Source: an uncultured virus (IMG/VR IMGVR_UViG_3300032289_002266)
Taxonomy: Duplodnaviria; Heunggongvirae; Uroviricota; Caudoviricetes
Virus record (IMG/VR): IMGVR_UViG_3300032289_002266
Strand: one strand, 5' to 3'
Length of the DNA: 20,000 bases
Shown here piece by piece: positions 8,412-17,074 of this stretch; the stretch's first letter is position 1; each line of letters opens with the position of its first letter. The translations under genes were made by a program, and so were the position numbers. The notes under the pieces were generated by a model that saw only the letters and a list, made by a program, of their open reading frames with translations, was not told the DNA's origin and did not search any database.

Positions 8412-9295
8412 AGTGTTTTAAGAATAGCTTCTGTATCAAAGATCTCTGAAGGATCCATATATGGACACTCGTGAATAGCTCCTGTAAAGTTATAATCGAA
8501 AAGATATGAATCCACCGTACCCTCTAAAAATTCAGTCTTAGGTTTAATATTTTTATGCATTTTATAACCAAAAACTTCAGGCTGTGTAGCTACCCAAACA
8601 ACTGTGGATTGTAAACCTAATGCTGCAGCAGCATGCTGTAACGACGAGTCAACAAGAAGCCTAGCTTGTGAGTGTTCTAATAGACCAAATAGTACTTTTT
8701 TCTGTAATACCTTATCTATCCTTGTACAATTATTCAAAACTGGATGAAAGTCATAGCATATATGAACAACATGATATTTATCTTTAAGTTTATCTACCAG
8801 TTCTTGTGCTATTTCAGGATGAATATCACGAGTCCAGGAATATGGAAACTCTTGATGCTCTTTACCAGGTCCTCCAAACGGCTGAAAAATGAGTACAGGC
8901 TTATCGTCTTGAATCGGTATTGCTTTACTAGCTACTTCCCGCTCTCTGAAATTTAAAAACAATCTTGGTAGTTCGTTGTTGTACTCAACTCCGATCATTT
9001 TGCACCATGTTTCAAGTAAATGCAGCTTTTTGGTAATATGAGAAGTTGTCTTGTATGGCTCCTGCGCAAATACCTCTACATCCTTTTCGTATATATAATC
9101 AGCATAAAAGTGAGGTACACTACCGAGTTTATATACCTTTTTAATAAATTTATTATTTAAAAAGACTTCAGGCCAAGCCCCGACGACTATAATATCTCTA
9201 TCAGGTTTATGCTTTTTGTAGCACTCTATAACAGCTGTAGCTGCTACATGCTTACCTATACCTCCCTCAATATGAAAAACTGCTAACTTTGACAC
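8408..9295 (-). CDS. GT-B glycosyltransferase, GT9 (heptosyltransferase)-like
   Basis: GTG start; EGGIGKHV, LIFQPFGG, VDSSLQHAAAALG (DS..H.AAA.G motif of GT9); ATGA-coupled to the sulfotransferase. Confidence 0.75.
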   Translation of the reverse strand: MSKLAVFHIEGGIGKHVAATAVIECYKKHKPDRDIIVVGAWPEVFLNNKFIKKVYKLGSVPHFYADYIYEKDVEVFAQEPYKTTSHITKKLHLLETWCKMIGVEYNNELPRLFLNFREREVASKAIPIQDDKPVLIFQPFGGPGKEHQEFPYSWTRDIHPEIAQELVDKLKDKYHVVHICYDFHPVLNNCTRIDKVLQKKVLFGLLEHSQARLLVDSSLQHAAAALGLQSTVVWVATQPEVFGYKMHKNIKPKTEFLEGTVDSYLFDYNFTGAIHECPYMDPSEIFDTEAILKTL

Positions 9296-9331
9296 TACTA
9301 TAATTTAGTAGTTTATGAGTAATTTTCAAGG

Positions 9332-11200
9332 TTATGGAACGATATATAACTGATTTGTATTAGTACATCTCCAAACCGAGCCTGTCCCTAATCCAGCAGA
9401 AGTAATAGGTACATTAGTAAGTACTATACATGGTGTATACGCTGTATTAGCTGATAGAGCTATTATATTTGCACCTGCTATAATAGAAGCGCATGTTGCT
9501 GTAGAGCGTATATTGTTACAAGCACCTCCAAGTATACTGGAATTATTACCACTAGCTCTACTACTAAATCCACCTGCTACAGTAGAGTAATTACCACTAG
9601 ATGTATTACCCAAACCACCTGATGCAGTAGAATAATTACCACTAGCTGTATTACAAGACCCACCTGATGCAGTAGAATAACTACCGCTAGCTGTATTACT
9701 AAAACCACCAGCTACTACAGTATAACTTCCGCTAGCTGCATTACATTCACCGCTTCCAATAAAGGAGCCCCCCCCACTAGCTCTACTGCTAAATCCTCCC
9801 GCTATAGTTGAACGAGAACCGCTAGCTGTATTATTACACCCACCACCTATATTAGAATAATTACCACTAGCTGTATTACAAAAACCACCACCTACAAACG
9901 AATAAGCATCAACTGTATTGCAAAAACCACCACCTATAGTAGAGTAAATACCGCTAGCTGTATTATTACTACCACTTCCCACAAAAGATCTACTGCCGCT
10001 AGCTCTATTCAGCCTACCACCGCCTATTGTGGATCCATTACTACTAGCTACACCACTTAAACCACCTGCTACAGTAGAGTAATTACCACTAGCTGTATTT
10101 CTGCATCCGCTTCCCACAAAGGAACAAGCACCACTAGCTATATTACACCTTCCCCCCGCTACAGCGGACCAAGTACCGCTAGCTCTACTACTAAATCCAC
10201 CTGTTACAGTAGAGTAATTACCACTAGCTAGATTACCTTCACCTAAAGCAACGCTAGATCTGCCTGAAGCAACTGATGATATACCGATAACGAAGGAACC
10301 AGTACCGCTAGCTCTACTACTAAATCCACCTGCTACAGTAGAACAATAACCACTAGCTGTATTACAAAAACCACCACCAACAGTAGCTCCGCAATATCCA
10401 CTAGCTGTATTGCAAAAACCACCACCAACATTAGAATAATCACCACAAGCTGCGTTGTCAAAACCTCCAGCTACATTAGAGCAACTACCGCTAGCTCTAC
10501 TACTCAATCCACCTGCTACGGTAGAATTACTACCACTAGCTGTATTACAACAACCACCGCCTATAGTAGAACGACTACCACTAGCTGTATTACTACGGCC
10601 ACCACCTACTGTAGAATAATAACCACTAGATGTATTAAGCTCGCCTCCAGCTATAATAGAATAATTACCACTAGCTGTATTACCAGTACCACCAGCTACT
10701 GTAGCTCCGCAATAACCACTAGCTGTATTACCAATACCACCAGCTACTGTAGCTCCGCGATAACCACTAGCTGTATTACCTTCGCCTAAAGCCACTGAAG
10801 CTCCACCTGATGCTACTGAAGATATACCGGTAACGAAAGAACCATAACCGCTAGCACAACTACTAAGTCCTCCACCTACTGTAGAATAACTACCGCTAGC
10901 TGTATTACTCTTACCACCAGCTACTGTAGAATATATACCACTAGCTGTATTACTCTTACCACCAGCTACATTAGAATAATCACCACTAGCTGTATTTGAG
11001 CCACTTACTGGCAATATACTAGCAGTTCCGCTTAAGCCAAAACTATATACAGACTGAGCTGTACTTCCTCCACTACCAAAATATTCCGTTAACGAACTCA
11101 ACGACCCAACTCTGGTCTCGCCACTCTGTACAAGTGGTATTCGTTCTTCTCCACTATATGGCTGTGTACTTACAGGAAGTTCGGAAATCTTTATACCCAT
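9332..11200 (-). CDS. Gly/Ser-rich repeat fibre/adhesin-like protein (paralog B)
   Basis: N-terminal IKISELP motif; more than 30 repeats of 14-16 aa (NTASGxYSTVxGG); C-terminal TNVPxTSAGLGxGxxWRCTxxNQLYIVP shared with paralog A. Confidence 0.75.
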   Translation of the reverse strand: MGIKISELPVSTQPYSGEERIPLVQSGETRVGSLSSLTEYFGSGGSTAQSVYSFGLSGTASILPVSGSNTASGDYSNVAGGKSNTASGIYSTVAGGKSNTASGSYSTVGGGLSSCASGYGSFVTGISSVASGGASVALGEGNTASGYRGATVAGGIGNTASGYCGATVAGGTGNTASGNYSIIAGGELNTSSGYYSTVGGGRSNTASGSRSTIGGGCCNTASGSNSTVAGGLSSRASGSCSNVAGGFDNAACGDYSNVGGGFCNTASGYCGATVGGGFCNTASGYCSTVAGGFSSRASGTGSFVIGISSVASGRSSVALGEGNLASGNYSTVTGGFSSRASGTWSAVAGGRCNIASGACSFVGSGCRNTASGNYSTVAGGLSGVASSNGSTIGGGRLNRASGSRSFVGSGSNNTASGIYSTIGGGFCNTVDAYSFVGGGFCNTASGNYSNIGGGCNNTASGSRSTIAGGFSSRASGGGSFIGSGECNAASGSYTVVAGGFSNTASGSYSTASGGSCNTASGNYSTASGGLGNTSSGNYSTVAGGFSSRASGNNSSILGGACNNIRSTATCASIIAGANIIALSANTAYTPCIVLTNVPITSAGLGTGSVWRCTNTNQLYIVP

Positions 11201-11205
11201 GCCTT

Positions 11206-11213
11206 TATTTATT
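11206..11213 (-). promoter_or_regulatory. Late-type promoter AATAAATA
   Basis: 5 nt before ATG 11200. Confidence 0.6.
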
Positions 11214-11245
11214 GCAATTCTAGTTTTTTACTATACTTTAATTAA

Positions 11246-11947
11246 ATGATCGTTTTCAATGAAGAAAAACACACATATACAAACTCTAAAACTGAAGAGC
11301 AGTATATATCTGTAACCACTCTTTTAGGTGAGTATAAGACTCCCTTTGACAAAGACAGACATTCACTTAGAGTAGCGGAAAGAGAGGGAGTACCGCAAGA
11401 GATGGTACTGGAGATGTGGAATAAGGAAAACAGAAAAGCTACAGACAGAGGTACAAAAATTCACAAATTAATGGAGAATTATGTTAGCTTTGGTGAAAAG
11501 GCGGAAGATTATGATTGGCTTTATAAGTCCTATGATAAAGTAATTTCCTACTCTATAGATAAGTATAAGAAAATATATAGTGAGAATTTACTCTATAACG
11601 ACGAATTTAAAATCGCTGGAACAGCAGACTTAATTTACGATCACGGAGATTATTTCACTATTGGAGACTTTAAGACTAATAAAAGGTTTAACTTCTCTAG
11701 CGACTTCAACGATCACTTTAAAGATCCAATCTCACATTTACCGTATTGTGAATTTAATAATTATGCTCTGCAGATGTCGATGTATGCTTATATGTATGAA
11801 AATATCTCAGGTAAAAAGTGTAAAAAGATTGTTGTATTTTATTTAAGAGAAGATAAGTGGCAGCCTATTCACTGCAACTATCTGAAGAGTGACATTCAAA
11901 ACATTTTAACGCACTACAAGCAAAATAAAGTAGGGGTTTTGAGCTAA
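11246..11947 (+). CDS. PD-(D/E)XK exonuclease (phage RecB/Cas4-like fold)
   Basis: SVTTLL, RGTKIH, E..L....IAGTADL, IGDFKT, YALQMSMY motifs. Confidence 0.85.
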   Translation: MIVFNEEKHTYTNSKTEEQYISVTTLLGEYKTPFDKDRHSLRVAEREGVPQEMVLEMWNKENRKATDRGTKIHKLMENYVSFGEKAEDYDWLYKSYDKVISYSIDKYKKIYSENLLYNDEFKIAGTADLIYDHGDYFTIGDFKTNKRFNFSSDFNDHFKDPISHLPYCEFNNYALQMSMYAYMYENISGKKCKKIVVFYLREDKWQPIHCNYLKSDIQNILTHYKQNKVGVLS

Positions 11948-11966
11948 AAGAACCTAAATAAAAACA

Positions 11967-12182
11967 ATGAAAAAAGAGACTCTTATTAAGAAGCTTGAAA
12001 CCCATTTTGATAAAATACAAGAAGCATTAGATGAAATTTCAACTTTGCTTGAGATAGATATGGATGATGATGAATTATCTGAGATGTCTGTATGCTTTAG
12101 AGAACAAATAGATAACTGTATTGCAGAAAACGAAGAATGCAATTATAATGATATTATAGAGTATATTCGAGAGAATCTATAA
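11967..12182 (+). CDS. Small highly acidic protein
   Basis: 71 aa, very Asp/Glu-rich; CTAAATA box (11954-11960) 6 nt upstream. Confidence 0.7.
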   Translation: MKKETLIKKLETHFDKIQEALDEISTLLEIDMDDDELSEMSVCFREQIDNCIAENEECNYNDIIEYIRENL

Positions 12183-12190
12183 ATATATGA

Positions 12191-12658
12191 ATGAAGGCGT
12201 TTAAGTCATTCTTCAAAGAGGTAAATCCTGAGGTTAGCTATGATCCAGAAGAGCTAAAAAAAGGCATAGAAGTTGAACTAGAGCATACAAATTATAAAGC
12301 TATTGCTACTATAATTGCTAAGCATCACCTCGCGGAGGATAAGGAATATTATACTAAGCTCAAAAAAGTAGAATCTAAAGCTAAATCGGAAGATGAAGAG
12401 CGTCGTTTAGATAAAAGCTGCTGGGAAGGATATCACAAACAAGGCACCAAAATGAAAGGTGGAGTACGTGTTAATAATTGCGTTAAAAACTCAAGTGAGG
12501 ATGCTGAGGATATTCATAAGCCTGTTAGACCAGGAATTGTTAAAGATAGATTAGGTAAACTATCCTGCACAAAAGTCAAAAGTGCTAAATCTAAACTAAA
12601 AGATAAGGGTACGAATTATGCTAAGGGGCTTCAGCGCTACATAAATTATCACTGTTGA
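12191..12658 (+). CDS. Modular late protein with capsid-targeting-like N-terminus and DUF5661-like domain
   Basis: MKAFKSFFKE; ELKKGIEVELEH..IAKHHLAE..YYTKL; CWEGY..G.RVNNCVK module; TATAAATA at 12178-12185, 5 nt upstream. Confidence 0.6.
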   Translation: MKAFKSFFKEVNPEVSYDPEELKKGIEVELEHTNYKAIATIIAKHHLAEDKEYYTKLKKVESKAKSEDEERRLDKSCWEGYHKQGTKMKGGVRVNNCVKNSSEDAEDIHKPVRPGIVKDRLGKLSCTKVKSAKSKLKDKGTNYAKGLQRYINYHC

Positions 12659-12664
12659 TTTTAA

Positions 12665-13000
12665 ATGAGCGCATTTTATACTAAAGATAGTATGAGTGGT
12701 GAATTCCTTTCAATAAATGAATTGCATCCTATGGATGTGTTTGCTATCGGTGATGAGAAATTTCTAGTAGTAAAAAACACTTGCAGCACTGCAGCGAGTT
12801 ATAAAGGTGAGTTTTACGATATAACAGGGTCTGGTATCCTGTCTTACTATAATAATGACGGGCAGCAATGCTCTATTATTTGTTTGACTGATTTATCTAT
12901 GGTGCCTCCAGCTTCTCTTAAAAAATATAAAATTGTTTTAGCTGGAAAATTTACAGGTTTCAAATACAATAAAATTGAAACCGAAGAAATCGATGAGTAA
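12665..13000 (+). CDS. Hypothetical protein (start may be ATG 12692)
   Basis: 111-aa ORF filling the space between co-oriented genes. Confidence 0.6.
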   Translation: MSAFYTKDSMSGEFLSINELHPMDVFAIGDEKFLVVKNTCSTAASYKGEFYDITGSGILSYYNNDGQQCSIICLTDLSMVPPASLKKYKIVLAGKFTGFKYNKIETEEIDE

Positions 13001-13841
13001 TGTTTTAATTCTTGGAGCAGGTTATGTAGGGACAGAATTGTTCTCGCATGTATTTAAAGATAAAAATAATTATTGGCTCTATGCTAGGAAAGATCTAGAT
13101 TATTCTGATCAATCAACACTGAGTAAATTCCTACTCAACAATAATATAGACTACGTTGTTAACTGTTCTGGCTTTACAGGTAGACCAAATGTCGATGAAG
13201 GAGAGATTAAAAAGAAAGAATGTTGGGAGCTCAATGTTTTGCTACCTCTTAAAATTAGTAAAATCTGCAAATCTCTAAATATCAATTATATTCACATTTC
13301 TTCAGGGTGTATCTATTCTGGTTACGAAAAAGAATTTACTGAAGAAGATGCTCCTAATTTTGGTTTGTATGATCATTCGTCTTTCTATTCAAAATCAAAA
13401 CATGCACTTGAAACACTGAATAATTATGGGTGTACTATTCGTGTTAGAATGCCATTCGGCGACGACCTTAATGAAAGAAGTTTTATTACAAAGATCCTGA
13501 AGTATGATAATTTGATCAACTTCAAAAACTCTAAAACATACCTTCCAAGTCTTTGTGAATTTATTGAGTATATCGTTGATAATAATATCAATACTAACTA
13601 TATTGGTGTTATTAATTTTGTAAATCCTGAAGCTAAAGATACGCAGTTTTTGGTTGACCGTATGAAGATGTTTAATAGCTACCAAAATAAAAACTGGAAG
13701 TTTGTAGATATTAAAGATATTAATATTACAGCTCCTAGATCAAATTGCGTTCTTTCTATTAAAAAGTTAAGAACTATGTTTCCTGACTTTTATATAGCAA
13801 CAGAAGCTGAAGCTATTGAAATGGCTCTAACCAATATATAA
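12975..13841 (+). CDS. NDP-4-keto-6-deoxyglucose 3,5-epimerase/4-reductase (NRS/ER-like, RmlD superfamily SDR); probable start ATG 12993
   Basis: LGAGYVG Rossmann motif, GFTGRPNVD, SSGCIY, EEDAPNF, SFYSKSK (YxxxK), IRVRMP, FITKI. Confidence 0.8.
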   Translation: MKPKKSMSNVLILGAGYVGTELFSHVFKDKNNYWLYARKDLDYSDQSTLSKFLLNNNIDYVVNCSGFTGRPNVDEGEIKKKECWELNVLLPLKISKICKSLNINYIHISSGCIYSGYEKEFTEEDAPNFGLYDHSSFYSKSKHALETLNNYGCTIRVRMPFGDDLNERSFITKILKYDNLINFKNSKTYLPSLCEFIEYIVDNNINTNYIGVINFVNPEAKDTQFLVDRMKMFNSYQNKNWKFVDIKDINITAPRSNCVLSIKKLRTMFPDFYIATEAEAIEMALTNI

Positions 13842-13848
13842 TAATTTT

Positions 13849-14586
13849 ATGCGTAAAGGAATAGTTCTAGCAGGAGGTAGGGGTACGCGTTTGTACCCTC
13901 TAACACACACTATTAGTAAACAGCTCTTACCTGTTTACAATAAGCCGATGATTTATTACCCTCTTCAAACTCTGAAGGATATGGGTATTACAGAAATTCT
14001 TATCATTACTGCAGATTTACAGCAGTGCAGATTATTTCAAGATCAATTAAAGGATGGTTCGCAGTATGGTTTAAAGCTTGAATACGCTATACAAGAAAAG
14101 CCTGGTGGCTTACCAGAAGCTTTTATTATAGGTGAGCACTTTATTGGTGTTAGCGATGATGTGGCGCTTATTTTAGGAGATAATGTCTTTATCACCAACA
14201 AAGAATTAAAAGCAGAAGCGAATACAATCTTTACCTATAAGGTTAAAAATCCTTCTGCTTATGGAGTAGCTGAGTTGGACGATCAAAACAACCTGATTAG
14301 AATAGTTGAAAAGCCTACCGAATATATTAGTGATACAGCTGTCGTAGGACTATACGTATTTACACACGCTGCGATTGGATTAGCAAAAGGTTTAGAACCT
14401 TCTAAGAGAGGCGAGCTTGAAATAGTTGATCTTATTAGTAAATTAAATGAGGAAGAGGGTCTCGCTGTACAAGAGTTAGATGGCTTTTGGTTCGACTGTG
14501 GTAACCACGATGATCTTCTAGAATGTGCAAATTTAGTAAAAGCTATTGAACATAGAACTAATAAAAAAGTAGGACTTCATGAATAA
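13849..14586 (+). CDS. rmlA: Glucose-1-phosphate thymidylyltransferase
   Basis: GIVLAGGRGTRLYPLT, SKQLLPVYNKPMIYYPL, LILGDN, IVEKP, PSKRGELEI, WFDCG. Confidence 0.93.
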   Translation: MRKGIVLAGGRGTRLYPLTHTISKQLLPVYNKPMIYYPLQTLKDMGITEILIITADLQQCRLFQDQLKDGSQYGLKLEYAIQEKPGGLPEAFIIGEHFIGVSDDVALILGDNVFITNKELKAEANTIFTYKVKNPSAYGVAELDDQNNLIRIVEKPTEYISDTAVVGLYVFTHAAIGLAKGLEPSKRGELEIVDLISKLNEEEGLAVQELDGFWFDCGNHDDLLECANLVKAIEHRTNKKVGLHE

Positions 14587-15565
14587 AGATACGTATTTAG
14601 TAACTGGCGGTTGTGGATTTATAGGTTCACATGTCATTGATGAGTTACTTAAAGATGATAAAATTAAAAAAATTATCAATATTGATAAGCTTGGAGTAGG
14701 CTCTGATATAAATAATGTAGCAACTGATTCTCGTGTAATTAATTTTTATATTGATATCTGTGATGAAGAAATTTTTAGTATATTTAAAAAACACCAGCCA
14801 GGATATATTATTCACCTGGCTGCAGAATCTCATGTCGACCGGTCTATTACAGACCCTTTATCGTTTATCAGCTCTAATGTAGTTGGTACTGGAAATATTC
14901 TTGAATGTGTGCGTACATATGTTCCAAAAGCGCGCATGATTCACGTATCCACTGATGAAGTATATGGACACCTTCACCCTGAAGATGAGCCGTTTTCAGA
15001 GAATACACCTCTCGATCCTAGATCACCTTATTCAGCCTCAAAAGCAGGTTCTGATGTACTAGCATTGTCTTATAGAAATACTTATAATTTAGACATTACG
15101 GTTACTCGTTGCTGCAATAATTATGGTCCTAGACAGCATGATGAAAAATTAATACCAACCATATTTCGAACTTTACATCGAGGTAAAAAAGTTCCTATTT
15201 ACAGAGACGGTTCTAACATACGTGAATGGATATACGTCACAGATCACGCTAAAGCTTTGATTGAAGCTTTATATATTGAAAACTCCAAGCCTGTATATAA
15301 TATTTGGGGAGCGGAGAGATATCAAAATATTGATTTAGTGCGTAAGATTGTAAAACGCTTAGTTAATATAAATGAGCGTTATGATAGAGGTACATTAATG
15401 TCAAACTACGTAGAGTTTGTAGCTGATAGACCTGGTCATGATTTATGCTACAAAATGTCGTCCATATATGATGATATAACGACACTTAAAGAGCAAAATA
15501 ATTTTAACGATGGAATATTAAAAACCTTACTCTACTATAAATCTAAATATGAGAAAGAAAATTAG
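14579..15565 (+). CDS. rmlB: dTDP-glucose 4,6-dehydratase
   Basis: VTGGCGFIGS, HLAAESHVDRSI, VSTDEVYG, SPYSASK, NNYGPRQ, DRPGHD. Confidence 0.93.
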   Translation: MNKDTYLVTGGCGFIGSHVIDELLKDDKIKKIINIDKLGVGSDINNVATDSRVINFYIDICDEEIFSIFKKHQPGYIIHLAAESHVDRSITDPLSFISSNVVGTGNILECVRTYVPKARMIHVSTDEVYGHLHPEDEPFSENTPLDPRSPYSASKAGSDVLALSYRNTYNLDITVTRCCNNYGPRQHDEKLIPTIFRTLHRGKKVPIYRDGSNIREWIYVTDHAKALIEALYIENSKPVYNIWGAERYQNIDLVRKIVKRLVNINERYDRGTLMSNYVEFVADRPGHDLCYKMSSIYDDITTLKEQNNFNDGILKTLLYYKSKYEKEN

Positions 15566-15731
15566 ACAACCTTTCAAATATGGAGTATACCTTATCGAAT
15601 ATCGAGAAGGTAAGGACGGTCTATTAAAAATTCTTAAGGAAAAGTTAGATACATTTGAAGAGGCGCAAGCAGCAAGAGAGAGACTACTACAAACAGGATG
15701 CACTGACCCTGTTATAAGAAAAGTAGGATGA
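15549..15731 (+). CDS. Hypothetical protein
   Basis: 60-aa ORF overlapping both neighbours (ATGA coupling to 15728). Confidence 0.6.
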   Translation: MRKKIRQPFKYGVYLIEYREGKDGLLKILKEKLDTFEEAQAARERLLQTGCTDPVIRKVG

Positions 15732-16231
15732 TAAAATTCATTCCAACGAATGGGATAATCAAGTCAACAAAACTTGACTTTGATTTGCTTTCATTTATTT
15801 TCAGCAGATTTGTCAAATTAAAAAGAAAAAAAACTCTCAGGGTAGAGAAATCCAAAAGAAGTTATTCGTATTATTACGATAAACAAAAAGTTATTTGCAT
15901 CAATACTAACGAAGGAACCTCTTTAAAATTTATCGTATCGACCTTGCTACATGAAGTGCGTCATTGTATGCAGTTGAGAGAGAAATGCAATGAGATAGAT
16001 TATAACTATACCAGTTATTGGAATTACTACAGCTCTCCTGAAGAAAAAGATGCGCGAAGATTTGAAAGACTTGCCACAGAGGTATGCAAAATTTACAATC
16101 AATACAAAATTATTGAAAATAAATTTCAAAAATATGATCTTGATATCTTTAAGGAACTGTGCCATAATGAAAAGGTAGACAGTAACGATCTACAGATAGA
16201 AACAAACAACACAATAAACAAAATAGAATAA
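15728..16231 (+). CDS. Zincin-like metallopeptidase domain protein
   Basis: TLLHEVRHCMQ (HExxH) with downstream Y..SPEEKDAR third-ligand-like motif. Confidence 0.7.
   Translation: MIKFIPTNGIIKSTKLDFDLLSFIFSRFVKLKRKKTLRVEKSKRSYSYYYDKQKVICINTNEGTSLKFIVSTLLHEVRHCMQLREKCNEIDYNYTSYWNYYSSPEEKDARRFERLATEVCKIYNQYKIIENKFQKYDLDIFKELCHNEKVDSNDLQIETNNTINKIE
16151..16168 (+). promoter_or_regulatory. AAGGAAC-N5-CATAAT promoter-like motif
   Basis: Same spacing as the copies at 17483, 17764 and 19824; about 70 nt upstream of the DUF932 gene. Confidence 0.5.
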
Positions 16232-16237
16232 AATAAT

Positions 16238-17074
16238 ATGGGATTCATTACTAACATTATATCGCTAGAGGAAATTCCTCGGTTCAATGTTGTAAAAGAA
16301 GAAGTCTTTGATTCTCGCGGCGCGCGGGTCAACGGACTATATACGCTGATGCGTGAAGATACACGTGATCACCTTGGTGTGTGTCGTGATAAGTATCGTC
16401 CAATTCAACTAGACGAAATGCTTGATATTGTCGATACAGCTACACAACGCGTGGGTGGCATTGAGCATGTAGGATATACGTTCTCTAGAAACGGTAAGCG
16501 AATTGTACTTCAATCAAAACTTAACGAACAATTTGATATCAGCGGTGATAAAGTTGATGGCATGTTTTATACTGTGATTGATAACTCTGGTTCAAATTCG
16601 AATAAGATTATTCCTTCAACGCGAAGAATTGTATGTGATAATATGCTTCATATTGTTAAACATGAAGCTGAACAACGTAGAGGTAAAGGTCTTCGCCATT
16701 CCTTCTCGTTTGATGAAAGCGTAAGTGGTCTTATTTCTAAAATCGAGAGCAATATCAACATCGTCAAGACATTTAATAAGACAGTTGAAATGCTTCAAGG
16801 TAAGAAGTTTACTGAAGATCAGATGAGACAGCTAGTTCAGCGTCTTATTCCATCTCGTAACAATAAAGAGGATTCTACTAAGCTGCTTGGTAAGCGCGAG
16901 TCAATTGTCGAGCGCTTCTCTAAAGGCATTGGTAATGAAGGAAAGACGATGTGGGATGCTTTGAATGCTATCACAGAGTATGAGTCACATCGCAAGTTTA
17001 CACCTGAGAAACTAGTGCGTACTCTCTCTACAGAGAATCTCTCTAATAAAGCTCTTGAGATTCTTACTGCGTAA
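16238..17074 (+). CDS. DUF932 family phage/plasmid protein
   Basis: LGVCRDKYRPIQ, RIVCDNML and TMWDALNAITEY motifs. Confidence 0.8.
   Translation: MGFITNIISLEEIPRFNVVKEEVFDSRGARVNGLYTLMREDTRDHLGVCRDKYRPIQLDEMLDIVDTATQRVGGIEHVGYTFSRNGKRIVLQSKLNEQFDISGDKVDGMFYTVIDNSGSNSNKIIPSTRRIVCDNMLHIVKHEAEQRRGKGLRHSFSFDESVSGLISKIESNINIVKTFNKTVEMLQGKKFTEDQMRQLVQRLIPSRNNKEDSTKLLGKRESIVERFSKGIGNEGKTMWDALNAITEYESHRKFTPEKLVRTLSTENLSNKALEILTA

Noticed and set aside
5920..9545. Diversity-generating retroelement TR/VR pair from the similar 3' ends of the two repeat genes
   Set aside because: Differences are mostly synonymous and not adenine-specific, both copies are coding, and no reverse transcriptase is in the window.
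9540..11000. CRISPR-like array (recurring ccactagctgtatt about every 45 nt)
   Set aside because: The periodicity is the in-frame NTASG protein repeat, the intervening sequences are related to each other, and there is no cas operon.
11212..11237. Sigma70 promoter TTGCAA...TATACT before the exonuclease
   Set aside because: The spacer is only 14 nt, so it cannot be supported in such AT-rich DNA.
11246..11947. Cas4 as part of a CRISPR system
   Set aside because: No array or other cas genes and no clear four-Cys Fe-S motif; consistent with a stand-alone phage exonuclease.
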